From positions 2,068,422 to 2,132,421 of the forward strand of contig CAJFCJ010000002.1 in the NCBI GenBank assembly GCA_904063045.1: a stretch of 64,000 nucleotides of DNA. The letters are read 5' to 3'. The DNA is from Dimorphilus gyrociliatus. Its lineage: Eukaryota; Animalia; Annelida. A model generated the notes under the pieces. The model had not been told where the DNA came from. It searched no databases and was given only the letters and a program-made list of their open reading frames with translations. The translations under genes and the position numbers were made by a program. This document shows, in pieces, positions 39,801 through 51,900 of the stretch (position 1 is its first letter; each line of letters opens with the position of its first letter).

Positions 39801-40657
39801 TTGTATGAACAAAAAAGAGAAAAAGAAATATAGAAGAAGAAAGTATTCCTCACATTTATTTGTTTTATATCTATCATTATATGCAGTATATTACTCTTGA
39901 GCACGTATATCCAAAGAGATTTATAATTTTATACCTTTTTAAATGTGTACCGTGAGTATAGGTGTATAAAATTTTATAAATAGATTCTGTATCTTATTGA
40001 ATACATTGATATGTGTACGTCTTTTGTAATTAGAAACATTGGCTGGCTCATAGACTATAAATAACACTTGTAAGTGATGAGAACTATAGAAGAGAGCCAT
40101 TTAGTGGATTTATCTTTAAAATAGTAGAATCAAATATGATATGGAAATTTAAAACGGAATGAACTCTTTTCCAGGGTATACGCTATATAGTTATCTAACC
40201 GTGATTATGATTGTTCAATACAGATAACTCGACGACCTTATTTTTTAACATGTAAATGTTCGTTTTACTAAATTAACTAAAATTTAGTAGTGGTAGTCTA
40301 TTAAATCTGTTAACTGTACAAGATTTAGACAAACCTGTTGGAGCACTGTCGTATATCCTAAGATCATAAGCTCCTGAGCATCGATAGTTAGCAGCTGTTC
40401 CATTATCCCAAACAACAACAACTTCTTCGGGAGACTCAAAATTTCTAACTGTTCCAACATGACCTATATGTGGTTCGTAAAATTTTGTCAAATTATTTTG
40501 GCTGATTCATCGACTGAGTCAAAAAATTATAAAGTTTACCTTCTCCACCGTCCTGTTTCGCCCACTTCCAATCAGGTCCTCTCATAACGCGAGCTCCAAC
40601 GCCTTCCATCATATTCACTCGGACTACTCTACTACTTCCATTACTATTACTTTCCAT
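25595..40657 (-). CDS. MIB1: E3 ubiquitin ligase mind bomb 1 (MZM, REP, ankyrin repeats, three RINGs), multi-exon
   Basis: ATG at 40657 gives [68 protein letters not shown]. Also a ZZ finger exon (35273-35100), [22 protein letters not shown], ankyrin exons (32817-32115, 27012-26220) and the terminal [48 protein letters not shown] ending at 25595. Confidence 0.97.
27513..28341 (+). CDS. Candidate novel 144-aa protein nested antisense in a MIB1 intron, just upstream of miR-1; exons 27513-27532, 27645-27778, 27927-28083, 28131-28164, 28252-28341
   Basis: ATG in A-3/G+4 context with an in-frame stop immediately upstream. Four GT-AG introns (two with GTAAGT donors, two with weak donors) give 435 nt without internal stops. 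No family recognised. Confidence 0.5.
28703..28762 (+). ncRNA. MIR1: pre-miR-1 hairpin; mature miR-1-3p about 28737-28758 (UGGAAUGUAAAGAAGUAUGUCG)
   Basis: The first 20 nt match the canonical miR-1 sequence UGGAAUGUAAAGAAGUAUGU. The complementary 5' arm CCGTACTTATTTACACTCCATA (28706-28727) pairs with it across a short loop. Confidence 0.96.
29186..29195. promoter_or_regulatory. CArG box (SRF consensus) CCTAATTAGG, copy 1
   Basis: Exact CC(A/T)6GG match between miR-1 and miR-133; function untested. Confidence 0.45.
29938..29947. promoter_or_regulatory. CArG box (SRF consensus) CCTAATTAGG, copy 2
   Basis: Identical palindromic CC(A/T)6GG match 752 bp from copy 1; function untested. Confidence 0.45.
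30811..30849. repeat. (TA)n microsatellite in the MIB1 intron between the miRNAs
   Basis: Perfect dinucleotide run. Confidence 0.97.
31966..32036 (+). ncRNA. MIR133: pre-miR-133 hairpin; mature miR-133-3p about 32009-32030 (UUGGUCCCCUUCAACCAGCUGU)
   Basis: Matches canonical miR-133. The 5' arm AGTTGGTTGCGATGTGGCCAAATTG (31970-31994) pairs with it (AGTTGGTTG/CAACCAGCT and GGCCAAATTG/CAATTGGTC). Confidence 0.96.
35818..37266 (-). CDS. Intronless TRIM-like protein A (RING, B-box2, coiled coil, beta-rich/NHL-like C-terminus), 482 aa, nested in MIB1 intron 2
   Basis: RING-HC CGEC...CSHTFCDYC...CPSC and B-box CLQH...YICLNC...CNIC...HIGH. The C-terminal half is beta-strand rich and clearly paralogous to the neighbouring ORF. 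Confidence 0.78.
   Translation of the reverse strand: MAMSNNFSQSTLKCGECFMEWKASSPTNFICSHTFCDYCLKRYMNSDSTGLCPSCKESKVPADDTEARALCLQHLVEINYICLNCDYRLACNICASISHIGHNIIDIANYARREDGLYPKLPDQSDVLSMQKSLVENSINEHFDQIIAYVNAEKRNLIEILENSYVNYQNAGINPGEDMKRSEMVFNFKPGTPGSVLDTKITGELYISGSLVQARDGFRNLGAFVNSRQMDFKKCDSVFINEDGIYNVDSKRQVTLSKTYSIKFTDFDGNVTKLYSTKSELGDLCVIKGEVYVHDITQGHIMLGLQSNEFIKQNISTFTVNLSHNGQVLITCLSEDKKTVWLYKGSKFIQAFQMQSSVKNLLPTKSGDVLIETHVNDPKFFNILSTKRTSISLYSSTTQKQLKEFKTSVQTFSIYPTMDGGFLIYSQSTGKLIALDTDLQFRSSWEYPADKCYVFGPTYKQLDEFYIANCSKSKGLLCIYRK
37325..37406 (-). promoter_or_regulatory. Putative own promoter of TRIM-like A: TATATAAA (37325-37332) plus two AP-1 consensus sites TGAGTCA (37342-37348, 37400-37406)
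   Basis: Exact motif matches 59-140 nt upstream of the ATG at 37266. Confidence 0.45.
37514..38923 (-). CDS. Intronless RING/TRIM-like protein B (RING, coiled coil, beta-rich C-terminus, no B-box seen), about 469 aa from ATG 38923, nested in MIB1 intron 2
   Basis: RING CSFC...CSHVFCSDC...CPIC. Shares blocks with paralogue A: NEDGIY, SKTY, ISTF and [15 protein letters not shown]. Confidence 0.76.
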   Translation of the reverse strand: MAESAISQNCSFCQLLLQEYNTVQSFSTCSHVFCSDCVLQIMASPKENITCPICLSESHLNQTHENESAKKHLREAVKDCPKAQRIQNAIKVLTDCKMTTVKNVESHFEKLTLRLQEEKQTILDSLENTQSNYSNYLIQLSQTKGQNSVDLSKELRRILNKETLNSMFYYREGCVEDISNAKIIGEVSVPDELFEKSPPALNDISSFIVKNTTTIPECTWFFVNEDGIYTVETIKNLFSSKTYKVNYLSFKTSKTETLYQTKNELGILFAINGEVFVHNVKNSCIHLGLNSGDVIEQKISTFSARMSSTKAILITCLSLDKQTVWLYKGKKLLDIFHLKERIESVFPTSKGDILIVKQRRKTVFWLFKTTESVIAIINRSTKEITNEFTTVQQKLFIQPTIDGGVLVLGINELKVYSLDSKLRVMSTFLLSSEPSFLCVPTHSQLKELYIGKISRGGGMVQKYSPLSLS

Positions 40658-40969
40658 ATTTAATAACGAGATCAGACTAAACTAAAATGATGGCTCAATT
40701 AATGCTAGGGTTATTTACATCACGACAAAACGAGAAATCGTGCGAGTTCTCTGATAAGTGGAGTGGCGCGAAACCGTTCACTAGTTTCTTTCTATAGGTC
40801 GTTTTTCACTCGATTAAGCCATTATTAATGTTTAATATTATATTCAAATGTCGGTTTTAATTATAAGAACTCATTTTTTAAACCAATTACTCGGCTGAGT
40901 GGTATTTAGGCTAGTAACCGGTTTTTTCTTCATATCGTGTCGCAGGGGTGATATTTCTAGGAAAATAAG

Positions 40970-43900
40970 ATGGCTACCAGTAAATATCAGTCGAAACGAA
41001 GAATAGCTGCTAAAAATTTTCTATCAAATATAACATTGTGCGAACGATTCCCTAAAATTGATTTGCTTACGGGTAAACCCCAGGAACTGTGTTTAAAGCT
41101 CGACACGAACAAGAATAACGATGATAACGCACTTAAGCAGAGCGATAATGCAAGAAATTTAGTTAACATTCAGGATAAAGAATCAAAAAGCTTAATCAAA
41201 AGTGAGATAACAATTGATACAGAAAAGAAAATCGATACCAAAGTGAACGAAGCCGAAAATTTCCGTAATCAACCTGCACCTATAAATATTGCAAAGTATG
41301 GAATAGGGTTTAGTTTGAATTCAAACGGCTGTTTTTTAACATTTAATTTATAGGCATGAGGAAAAAGATTATCCGAAAAAAGACAAAATTCCCAATAAAC
41401 GTATTTTAAAACACAGTGTATCGCTAAATGAAGAAAGTCAATGCCTTCAAGAAGCAAAAGAAATTTTAGGTAAAATTTTTTGAAACGTCAGCAGTATTCG
41501 TTATTGTCTTTTTACAATAAAATCATTTTGTTCAACAGCTCCCTATAATTCACGAAATCGCCATTTATCTACATCAACGTCAACAAGTTCAACAGACTCT
41601 TCTAAACCTGTAAATAGATTAAGATCGTTCAGAAATGGACCATATACGTCTTCCAGTAGAGCACCAAAACGGTGAGTTAGCTATTCAAATGACGTTAGCT
41701 TTCCTCTCTTACAAATTTTCTATTACTTTTTATAAACAGAATAACCATCGTTACTGCAAATCGTTGTCCCCTTATTTTATTATCAGTTTTACCCTACACA
41801 AAATCTTTAAGGTAAATTTAATATTTTCCTAAGAAATTAATTAAATGTTCCCATCAATAAATATTTATTAAATTAAATAGAGACGGTAACCAAATCGATA
41901 GTTCCCGGAACCGAAATCACTCCGATTCACCAACCAGTAATCCTTTAGGTGTTACGTGTTTGTCGTTGGCGGACGAGGGCCAAGTTAGTATTTATATTCC
42001 CATATTTTTATTTGTTAAAACTAAATATAATATAAATTATTCGAATGTTTTTCAATTAATATTTTTTTTTCTCTTCCTCCGTTTCTCTCTTTCTGTACAC
42101 TCTATTTAGGAAATATCTTATAGTAAATATCTAGTACCATCCACCAATAAGAAGGTTAAAAAGATATCTTGTCAGAAAGCGTACGATGGACTTAGTCTTT
42201 CCGCACCACATGGTTCTCCAGGTTAGTTACGAATTTCTATATTAAACTATAATTTAATTTCTTCTATGTTATTTTATAATTTTCCAACTATTTTATGACG
42301 AAATGTGTGATATTAATGTTTTCGTACAACGCAATTTAGCTTGGTCTAATTTACCAACTAAGGTCAAGTGCGGCCCTTGTTCTTCTAATTATCATCGATG
42401 TTTCTCTGATGAGCAAGCAATTAGAACGGATAAATTATTCAATAGTTTGAATGTAAGCAGCTTGTGCTCATCATGCGGATCAGTCTTGAGTAAAAAAGGT
42501 TATTTAAATTCGATCGTTAATCCATATTTAAAAGTTGAAAAAAATATAAATTTAACCCTATTGTCGTTCTTACGCACGAATCAAAGCTTTATTGTTCTAG
42601 ATAATTTTTCCTCTTATATTCATAAATTCGGATATTTGACTATTGAAATTACCCTCCTCCGTCCGAAAACTTTTTAATATTCTTTCGTATAATACATGTA
42701 TTATTGAAAAAGGATTTAATAATTGATAATTAAAATAAAGCTTCTTCTGTCATGCTCTCTACCTATATATACTGTAATATATTTATATGTATATATAATT
42801 TTTCACCAGCTATTGCGCTATTCGTACTGAATTAGCATTGCCATTATTGAAATATCAATTATTTTGATCTATATTTAAGATAAGAGTCTTTATTCTACAA
42901 TAAAATAAGATTATAATATAAATAGTATCGTTGTCGTTGTTCAAACTATTTTAAATAGAAGTGGAAAATTTATAATATCTCTTTACCTTTATATTTCATT
43001 TTAAAAAATACAGTAATCCTTTTAATTTATTCAAAAAAAAAATTAACATATTTAATAAACATAAAAGGGAGGGGAGGGGAAGGGAGAGGGATAATTAAAA
43101 AAATGTTAAATATCCATATTTTTTCTTCTTTTAAATAGTCAATGTATCCATCCTTTCACCTATTTGTTTTTTTTTTAAATTTTACTTGATTTTATCAACT
43201 TTTCCAATCACAAAAAAATTTAGCAAATCTAATTAGTTACTGTTTGTTTGTTTGTTTTTTCTTCTTCTTCTTCATTTTTAATATTAAAAATCTTATTCAA
43301 TATTTTTTTTTCTATCATATATGTATAGTAAGTAATACAGACATTGGATAGTTGAGACAATGTAATACAGTATTTACAATTGATATACTGTTGTTTTTTA
43401 AAAATAAAAATACAGTATTGTAACTATTGTATTTAATATATTTAGAAAGAGAACTAAGTACTAAAGATATTTTTATATCTATATTTTTGTCATTAGAAAA
43501 ATTACAAGTACATTAGTAAACATTATTCGTTTCTTTCACTTTTTTCATTTCAGTTGAGAAGTCAATAGGTAAAAAAATCTTTTATATATATATATATATA
43601 CATATTTATTTTTTTTAAAAAAAAAGGAAAGAAAGATTTTTAGTTTCTCTCTTTTTTTTGCTTTACATTATTTCATTAAAAAATGAAAATCAAATTTTCA
43701 AGAGACTTTACTTTTTTTTCTTTTTAATGTTTTGGCTTAATTTCTGACTTTTTTTCTAAAAACTAAATGAATAGAATATTAATATTATTAAATAATAATA
43801 TTTATAATAATTAATTAATGAGTCATATGTTTAATGTTTTAACTTTTCAATCTAACGCATCAATCTAATTCAATTTGTCTGTCTCTATCTATATATTTTC

Positions 43901-45396
43901 GCCCTCTTATTATAGTTTTCTTTAGCTCTCCCACTTTATTTTATATAGCATGTATGCAAATATATATATATATGCATATATATGTATTTTTGAAACGGTA
44001 TACATATGTATACATTACTATTTGTGTACGCTAAACAGATAATTAATCTCTTTCTTACGCACCACTTATGAATAACTATATCTATCTTCCCTTTTCTCTC
44101 ATATAATCTATCTATCCCTTATTTTAATCTTTTTTTTGTTTTTGTCGTTATCCTTTCTTTCTTAAATCATATATAATTTGCGTAGATTATCCCTATTCTG
44201 TTCATCCGTTTAAATGAACAATTGTTTATATTGTATCTATGCACTCTTTCAATCTATTCTTCTTCTTCCACTTTTTCTTCCTTAATTTATCTTAAGTACA
44301 TTAACGTGTATAAACTCTAGTTTATAACGATATTTATAGATTATTTCGATGCCGGAACGGATATGTATGATCCACTGGCGCTCGACGATCCGGAATTAAG
44401 ATCGGGGAAGCATAGAACCGTTATGACATTTACGTCTTTTGTGGTAATGTTTCATTTTCTATATGGAAAAAAAATGATTTATTGGGCTTTTTTATTTATT
44501 TTTTCCTTTTTACTTTCACATGAATTGATTTCTATCATATTTTCCTTTCCTAGATGTCAACTATCGATTATGTTAAACCTGGCGATTTGAAGAAAGAGTT
44601 GAATGAAAAATTTCGTGAAAAATTCCCTCAGATTCAATTAACTTTATCAAAATTACGTAGCCTAAAAAAAGATATAAAAAGAATTGCCATTAACGAGGTT
44701 TTACTTGTTTTTATTTCAATATTTTTTTTCAGTTTTCTCTTTTGCAAATGCTTTTATCAATATAAATTATATGTGATAACAGTGTCAGCTTGATTTATGG
44801 GTTGTAGCTCACGCTTACGTCTACTTTGAGAAAATTATATGGAAAGTTTGTATTCTATTTTGTTTCTTTCTCGTTACAGTTTCGCATAGATATACAATTT
44901 TCTTTTTTTTTTCCACCCCCCAACCCCAATAGGGCTTAATTAATAAACCTAATCGTAAATTGGTCGCTGGAGCTTGTTTAATGCTATCGGCAAAGATGAA
45001 TGACGTTAAAAAGGACACTCTTCTATGTCTTGTTCATGTAAGCCTAATCTATTCCAAAACTAGTCTATCAGTCAGCTTTTAAGTTTTTAAGAGAAGGAAG
45101 AGGGGGAGGAGGGGGAGGGGTAAGGAGAAATAAGCCCTCTTATTCTAAAATTAAAGCTATGGCACGTCTTTGCATAATTTCTTTCAAGCAGACTGATAGA
45201 AGTTGCAATTAAATTGATTTTACTTAATTTATTCTGTGATTAATGTTTATATCAGGAAATTGAAGAAGTATTCAAGCTCTCCCGTAAAGATTTATTTACA
45301 TTCGAATTGGCAGTGATCATTTCGTTGGAGTTTTCATTATTTATACCAGATTTGGAAATATATTCCCATTATCAACGCCTAGTCTACGCTTCTTAG
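40970..45396 (+). CDS. CABLES: CDK5 and ABL1 enzyme substrate (CABLES), multi-exon
   Basis: N-terminal [16 protein letters not shown]-terminal cyclin-like exons give [54 protein letters not shown] and [18 protein letters not shown]. Stop TAG at 45394-45396. Confidence 0.92.
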
Positions 45397-46746
45397 CGTT
45401 TCAAATTACTGTGCTCACACTAATTCCTGCTGATTATTAATAATTTTTTTTCTATATTATAAGACTATTATATATAATTATTATAAAAATTATTTTTTTT
45501 TTCTTTTGACAAAGTATTTTGACTGCATTTTTTTTGATTGTTAACTTTTTTTTTTTAAAAAAACAAAAAATCGAAAAAAAGAAAAAAGACAGAAATAGAA
45601 GATTTTAGTGGATATTTTCACGAAGATTTTTTGTTTAAAGTATTTAAAAAATATATATATATATATATATTTGAGAAAAGAAAAACTAGTAATTTTTTTT
45701 TCAAATAAAATTGTTTTACTTTTAAAAAATTTTTCTATTTTCTCACTTCTATTTCCTAGCTTTATCTTCTTTAAATAACATTTTTACTCTGTAAGAAGAG
45801 AGAAACAGAGAGAGAGAGAGAGAGAGAGAGTGAATGGAATAGAAATGAATAAAGGAAAGAGGGACGCATGCGTGATATTATGTAAATATCTGCAGATTTA
45901 ATAATTTAAGGCTAACGTGCCATTCCTCGATCTTTTGTATATCTATTTATGAACAATGTCACCAATTTTTCCAATTTACTTTTATTTAACAAAAGAAAAT
46001 CATACTTTCGTTATTAATAAATCTGAGCATAAAATAATAAATAATGAAGATGGCATTGTAGTAATTTTATATTCTCAAGGTTATACAACTATTTTAATAG
46101 CGGTATTGATATTTTATATAAAGGTTAATAATTACAAGCCTACTAAATATATATAAATATTAAAGGAGAAAGATTGGACTGATTGGAAAAATGTAACTAA
46201 TTAAAATAGACATCTGAATCTATTTTAGTATCTAATTTCAAAAAATAAAAGTTAGCATTGCAACGCTTTATGAATACGAAAACCAGTGTTAGAAAATTAA
46301 TTACAAGTTGACAAAAAACAGACTATTTCATTTCCAGATCAAAAAAGAAAAAAAAACGTCCCCCAGATACTTTTTATTTGTCAATCATAAATCATTTTTT
46401 TTCTACTATTCTATACAATTCTACTCTTTCTCTCTTTTTCATTTTAAATATACAAAAATATATACAATATATATATGTTTTCCTCTTCTCTCCTCCTCCT
46501 CCTTCTCCTCCTTTTTAATAAAGATGAAACATGCATTTAAACAATCAAGGAATTTGTCTAAATAATCAATGTATTTTTTGTATCCAACATTATAACATTT
46601 ATTAAGTAAATATACTATTTAATACAAATATATACATACATTTATGAATGCAATATGTATAAATTTATATTTAATAAATGAACGAAAAAATAAAACAAAC
46701 TAATCAAAGTAACAGTTTTTCCCTAATAGCAGTGGAACAATTTCGT

Positions 46747-48907
46747 CTAGGACGAAGAGGATGCAGGTGATTTTGCTGGAGTATTTGTCCGGCTACTCAA
46801 GCTTCTTATTTCAGCTCGAATTTGCGGATCTCTGTGAAGAGCGTCTATCTCTTCGGGTAGTACGTGTCTATGCTCAGATCTTAATGATTTGGCCGATTGT
46901 CTAGATGTTGCAGATTTTAACGAACTTCGCGTCGATTGTCTTCTCAAGAGGTTCTGACTGATTGTACGATGCAAGTTCTTATTGCTAGCTGTTGCCGCTT
47001 TGGACATGATCCACGAATGTTTTAATGCTTGAGAAGCAGTCATCCGGATATTAGGATCGACGAGTAGAAGATTATCTATAAAATCCTTAGCCTCTTCCGA
47101 GACGTCTTTCCAATACTGCCGATAGGAAAAATAAGAATATTGATTATTATTAAAAAGAAAACAGAGGATATTTTGAGAAGAGTTGAAGAAGCACATTTGA
47201 AAAACACTTAAAAACCATTTGTAATTAATTATTAGAGTGAAAAATTTGTTATCATTTAATTTTCGACCTATAAAGGATTAAAAGAAATGAATTATGCATT
47301 TTTAACCGCCCACCAGAATGGCGTCTATCGATTATGACAACGTTTATTCGGTGACGCCAGTCAACGTGTTGTGACATGGAAGATAAAAAATTGAGTGTTA
47401 TTGAGTAATTCTTTTCTCTATTAAGAGATTTTCTTATTTTCAATTGGAAAGAGAGAAAGTTACAAATGAATATGAAGATATATATATATATATATGAATG
47501 AATAACAAGCATATATGATATATAAAGTTTATATTATAATTTATATTTATGTACGTATATAGTCAGTATATCAATTACAACTATGTAAATTTACTTTTTC
47601 ACCTTCTTGGGTGAAAATCTGCTTTAAAAAAAAGCGTCTAATTAAAAGTGATAATGAAATCTCTCTATTCCAGGAAATCCAAGATCTTCATATACTCCCA
47701 ACAATTATTCTATCGATAGAAAGAACAATGCGAACATTATTATATAGCTGTGCTATATTTTATATATATATACAGTATACAGTATATATAGTGTCTACTA
47801 CTTTTGGAAAACTAATAAAGTACTTTAGAATAAAATAATCAAAAATCCTGCAAATTGTCAAGTAGATAAAAAAAATCGAATCCTATTCATTTAATACATT
47901 TCATAAAGGATTTATGATAAAAGGTTACTTTTCTCTCTCTCTCTCTCTTTCTCTCTCTTTTTTTTTCCTCTTTAAAAAATAAGTGTCACGTGCTATTATT
48001 CAACAAATTAACATGTCATTTTTGAATGGTACATTATGTAGGTTAACAAAACATTTCGTACTTTTTCAATTTAAATTTCCTTTTTTTAATAGTTGCTTAA
48101 AAAGATAGAGGGGGAGGAAGGGGGAAGCTATTTTCTTTCTATCTTTCTTTCTTGCTTTCTATATTTTTCAGTGAAGGGGTGGGAGAAGGGGTGGAGCCGA
48201 GTATTTATCATGGAGCAAAGTAGTAAAGAAAGATGTAAAAACCTACAAATACTGTTTTTAAACTGCGTAAAAAAAAAGCTAAAGAAAGAGTTCAAGAATT
48301 CTCAACCTATCTATCTATCTATCTCTGTATCTTTTGCACTTGCCGTCCTCTTTTCCTTTTCTTCAAATATCAAATATACTAATTATACAATAACTGCCTA
48401 ATGTTGATTATTTTGAAGCGTAGAATTTTCAACCGACTCAGCTGCTTTATGACATTCTTTTAAAAGTCTAGACAAGGGTTCCGTTATCTCAAATGGAATG
48501 TCTTAGGCGTAGAAAGTCTATTTTTAAGTCTTTACTAACGCAACAACTAGGCCAAAAGAACGTCTGTAAATAAAAGACTACAATACCCTACCCTGGCGCC
48601 TGTCGTGACGAAACAATTTTTCTGAAGGGGCGTGAGACACGGGGAATTTCTAGCGCAACCTCCTTTTTTACCCTTCGATAAAAGGCAAAGAGTACCCTGG
48701 AATGATAATTTTTTTCATTCTCTAGATAGTAGCAGTCAACTTTTCTACAACTACTCATAAATCTATATCTTCGTTACAGAGCCATTAGCCCAAAAACGAG
48801 AGAACAAACATAGATATTAATACATAAATATAGACATTAGCAATTAATTTATCTTTTTTCTTTCTGCTCTTTCTTGTTATTATTACAGTTATACGCAATA
48901 ATAAAAG

Positions 48908-48963
<56 letters not shown>

Positions 48964-51900
48964 CGAGAGCAAGTTGTAAACATTGGCTATAGGTATAATT
49001 TATACAGTATTTTATATATATATAATAGGAGTGTTGAGTTAATTACACAGCTTTGTCCATTCAATAGAAAGTTATTCTGATTATTGTCCTAAAAGGAGAG
49101 AAAAACAAAGAAGGAAACCCTTCTACAATAACGTTTATTAATATATAATATTTGAATTTTTAAATCGTATTTATCCTATTTCTAATATTTTTATTTTAAT
49201 ATTTACAAACATAATTTCAATGTTTTTATTATTATTGTTATTTTATTATGAAATAATATTAAAAAAAAGTATAAGTATACGGACATATTTATATATAAAA
49301 TTTTTTCGATCAACTATACTATTCTATACAAATATTAGTTATCTTGGATTAACCAATATTAACTTTCTGATCTCTATCAATTCCTTGTATTTTCATTTAA
49401 AATATTGAACTTAATATTCTGTATATAGATTAGTAAAGGAATATATATATATATATATATATATATCTTAATAAATGAATGAGGGAAATGACGACTTTTA
49501 TATTGAAAAAGTCTGTGTTCCCTTTATTAATCTCTCTCTCTCTCTCTGGTAGGTGAACTCGCCGCCTCTATTATTATTGTTATTATATTTTAAAAAATTG
49601 AATATTTGGAAGGACACGCCCAAATTTTTCTTTTTAAGTATTCATATATTACAACTATCAGTACCACTTATAAAAAAAATAGTTGTAATATAATATTTAT
49701 AGATCTTCTTTATCTTTCAAAACTATTCAAATACCAGTTTTTCCGGGGCGGTAAGATGATAATATATATTAATATTTTCTTTAGCATGTAATTACTATAC
49801 GATTAATATAATTGTTTTTCTTACTAAATATTATTGAAATAAATAAAGTTAATGCTTCTTTCGTATCTTTCAAAATAAAAAAGATTAATTTCCATAAATA
49901 TTCTTTTGGTACAAAGAAAATATTGTTCGATTTTGTTCCAAATTATGGACAAGAAAATTGATAAATTCTATCCCTTTTTTTCGTTATATATTTTATTATT
50001 TAACTTTTTTTTTTAAAAAGAAAACTTTGTATACTAAAGACTTTAAATGATAGAATAAGTAAAGAAGGAAGTCGCCAATGTTGATAATTCAAGGGTGGGG
50101 CAATGAGGATTTTTTAGATTTTACACATTATATTACCTTATGATAAACTGATTTAAATTTACAGGAACCTATGTAGGAGGCTAAAAAAATAAGGACTGGA
50201 TCATTGATTAAATATTTAACTTTTGCAAAAAATATAGGCCTAAAACTTGCTTAACAATATTGTCAATCCATTTAAAATTAGACAGATAAAAAAGCGGATG
50301 TTTAACAGAGCTTTTTAGTTATTTTATTAGTAAAAGAAAACAAGAAATAACAAAAGATTTCCGCAAAATAAGTAAAGTAGAAGATAAGAGAAAAATCTTA
50401 ATATATAGGCTTAAAAAGTTTGTTATTCTTTTTTTATAAATAGTCCAAATATATATATATATATATATATAGTATAGTATTAGTGTATATATAGTAATTT
50501 TTAATTAATTGGTATTCAACAATAGTAAATATAGTATACGATTTTAATATAAAAGTTACTTATTGAAAAGCTCTCTATTTCATAGTAACATTATTAAAAC
50601 TAATAAGATTATCCTCTTTCTAATAGGTTCCCTTATAGATATTTAATTTTACTTTTTAACCAAAGAAAGAGGTCAAAAAAGGATACGTTTGCATAGCGAT
50701 TGCGTAGATCTCCGACGTAATTGAACACTACCGCCGTATTTATACAGCAAAGACCGCATTTACCCTGATCACTCTTCCTTTCAACCTTTTAAAAGGATTT
50801 AAAGAGTTTTCTTACAACAGGCTTAACCTATTTTCTTTTCTTTTTTTTTTAATTTTTTTAAAAAAAAAAAACTTTCTCCTTTTTTTTTTTTTGAAAATAC
50901 GTCAAATTATTGATTTAAGAAGAGAAGAGGAGAAAGGAAGTGTACCTATAATATACAATAACAAATTGGGAATCTTACCCCCACCCCGAAAGAAATATGA
51001 ATATGACACTTTCGTGGTAAAGTCAATAAGAATGAGTTTGTGAACAATTTCGATGAATGTAAACACAGTCTATTACGGTCAAATTGTCAACTGAGACGAC
51101 CTTAATTCTATTCCCTACAATTGGTATTTTATTTTTTATTTTGTTTTTTATTATTATTATTTTTCAGGGGCTGACCTACTTTTTATAATATTACTTTTTT
51201 TTCAATAAAGGATTGAGATACTGCCGCTATAAGTAATTGAATGAATTCAAACATTGCGCAGAGTGAAATTATATCCTTTTGTATAACTGTACAAGTATAA
51301 AGAACCATAGAGAAGTGAAAAAAAAACATGTTGGTATATATAAAAAGAATATATGGAATATTACCTCGCTCTTATATGAATATTTTCCTTTTAAGATGGT
51401 CTTATACAACCGTGACTTGTTGTCGTCATCAAACGGCATAGTCCCTGAGAGGAGTATATAACCGATTACGCCCACAGCCCACATATCCACTTGAGAAGTG
51501 TATGGTTGTTTAGCGAGAACCTCAGGTGCAATATACTCTGAAGTTCCGCATGTTGTATCCATGTGACTATCAGCGCTTTTTCTAGTTGAACTCAATCCGA
51601 AATCAGTTATTAAAATCTTTGAATCGCTACCCGGGTGATAATATAAAAGATTCTCCGGTTTTAAATCCCGATGAGTGATACCTGTTATCAATCATTTATC
51701 CAATTATCGTTGTTGATTTTATCATCATTAATCCGTTATTTTATACAAATTTTTGTAAATTAATCAAAGAAAATTGAGTGTAAAAAATATAATGTCTAAT
51801 AGTAGGTCAGTCTTCTTTCAATGGAGTAGACCAATAAAACTCAAAAGTAAAAATACATAAATCGTACTAACAGTAGCCAAAAATCGCTTAAAGAAAGAAA

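Noticed and set aside
42303-42677. 124-aa ORF inside CABLES as a separate nested gene
   Set aside because: It contains acceptor and GTAAGC donor sites consistent with an internal CABLES exon; the rest is AT-rich read-through.
48440-48510. TGGAATGT with upstream GACATTC as a second miR-1-like hairpin in the PSKH intron
   Set aside because: Only the seed matches; the remainder is unlike miR-1 and pairing is poor.
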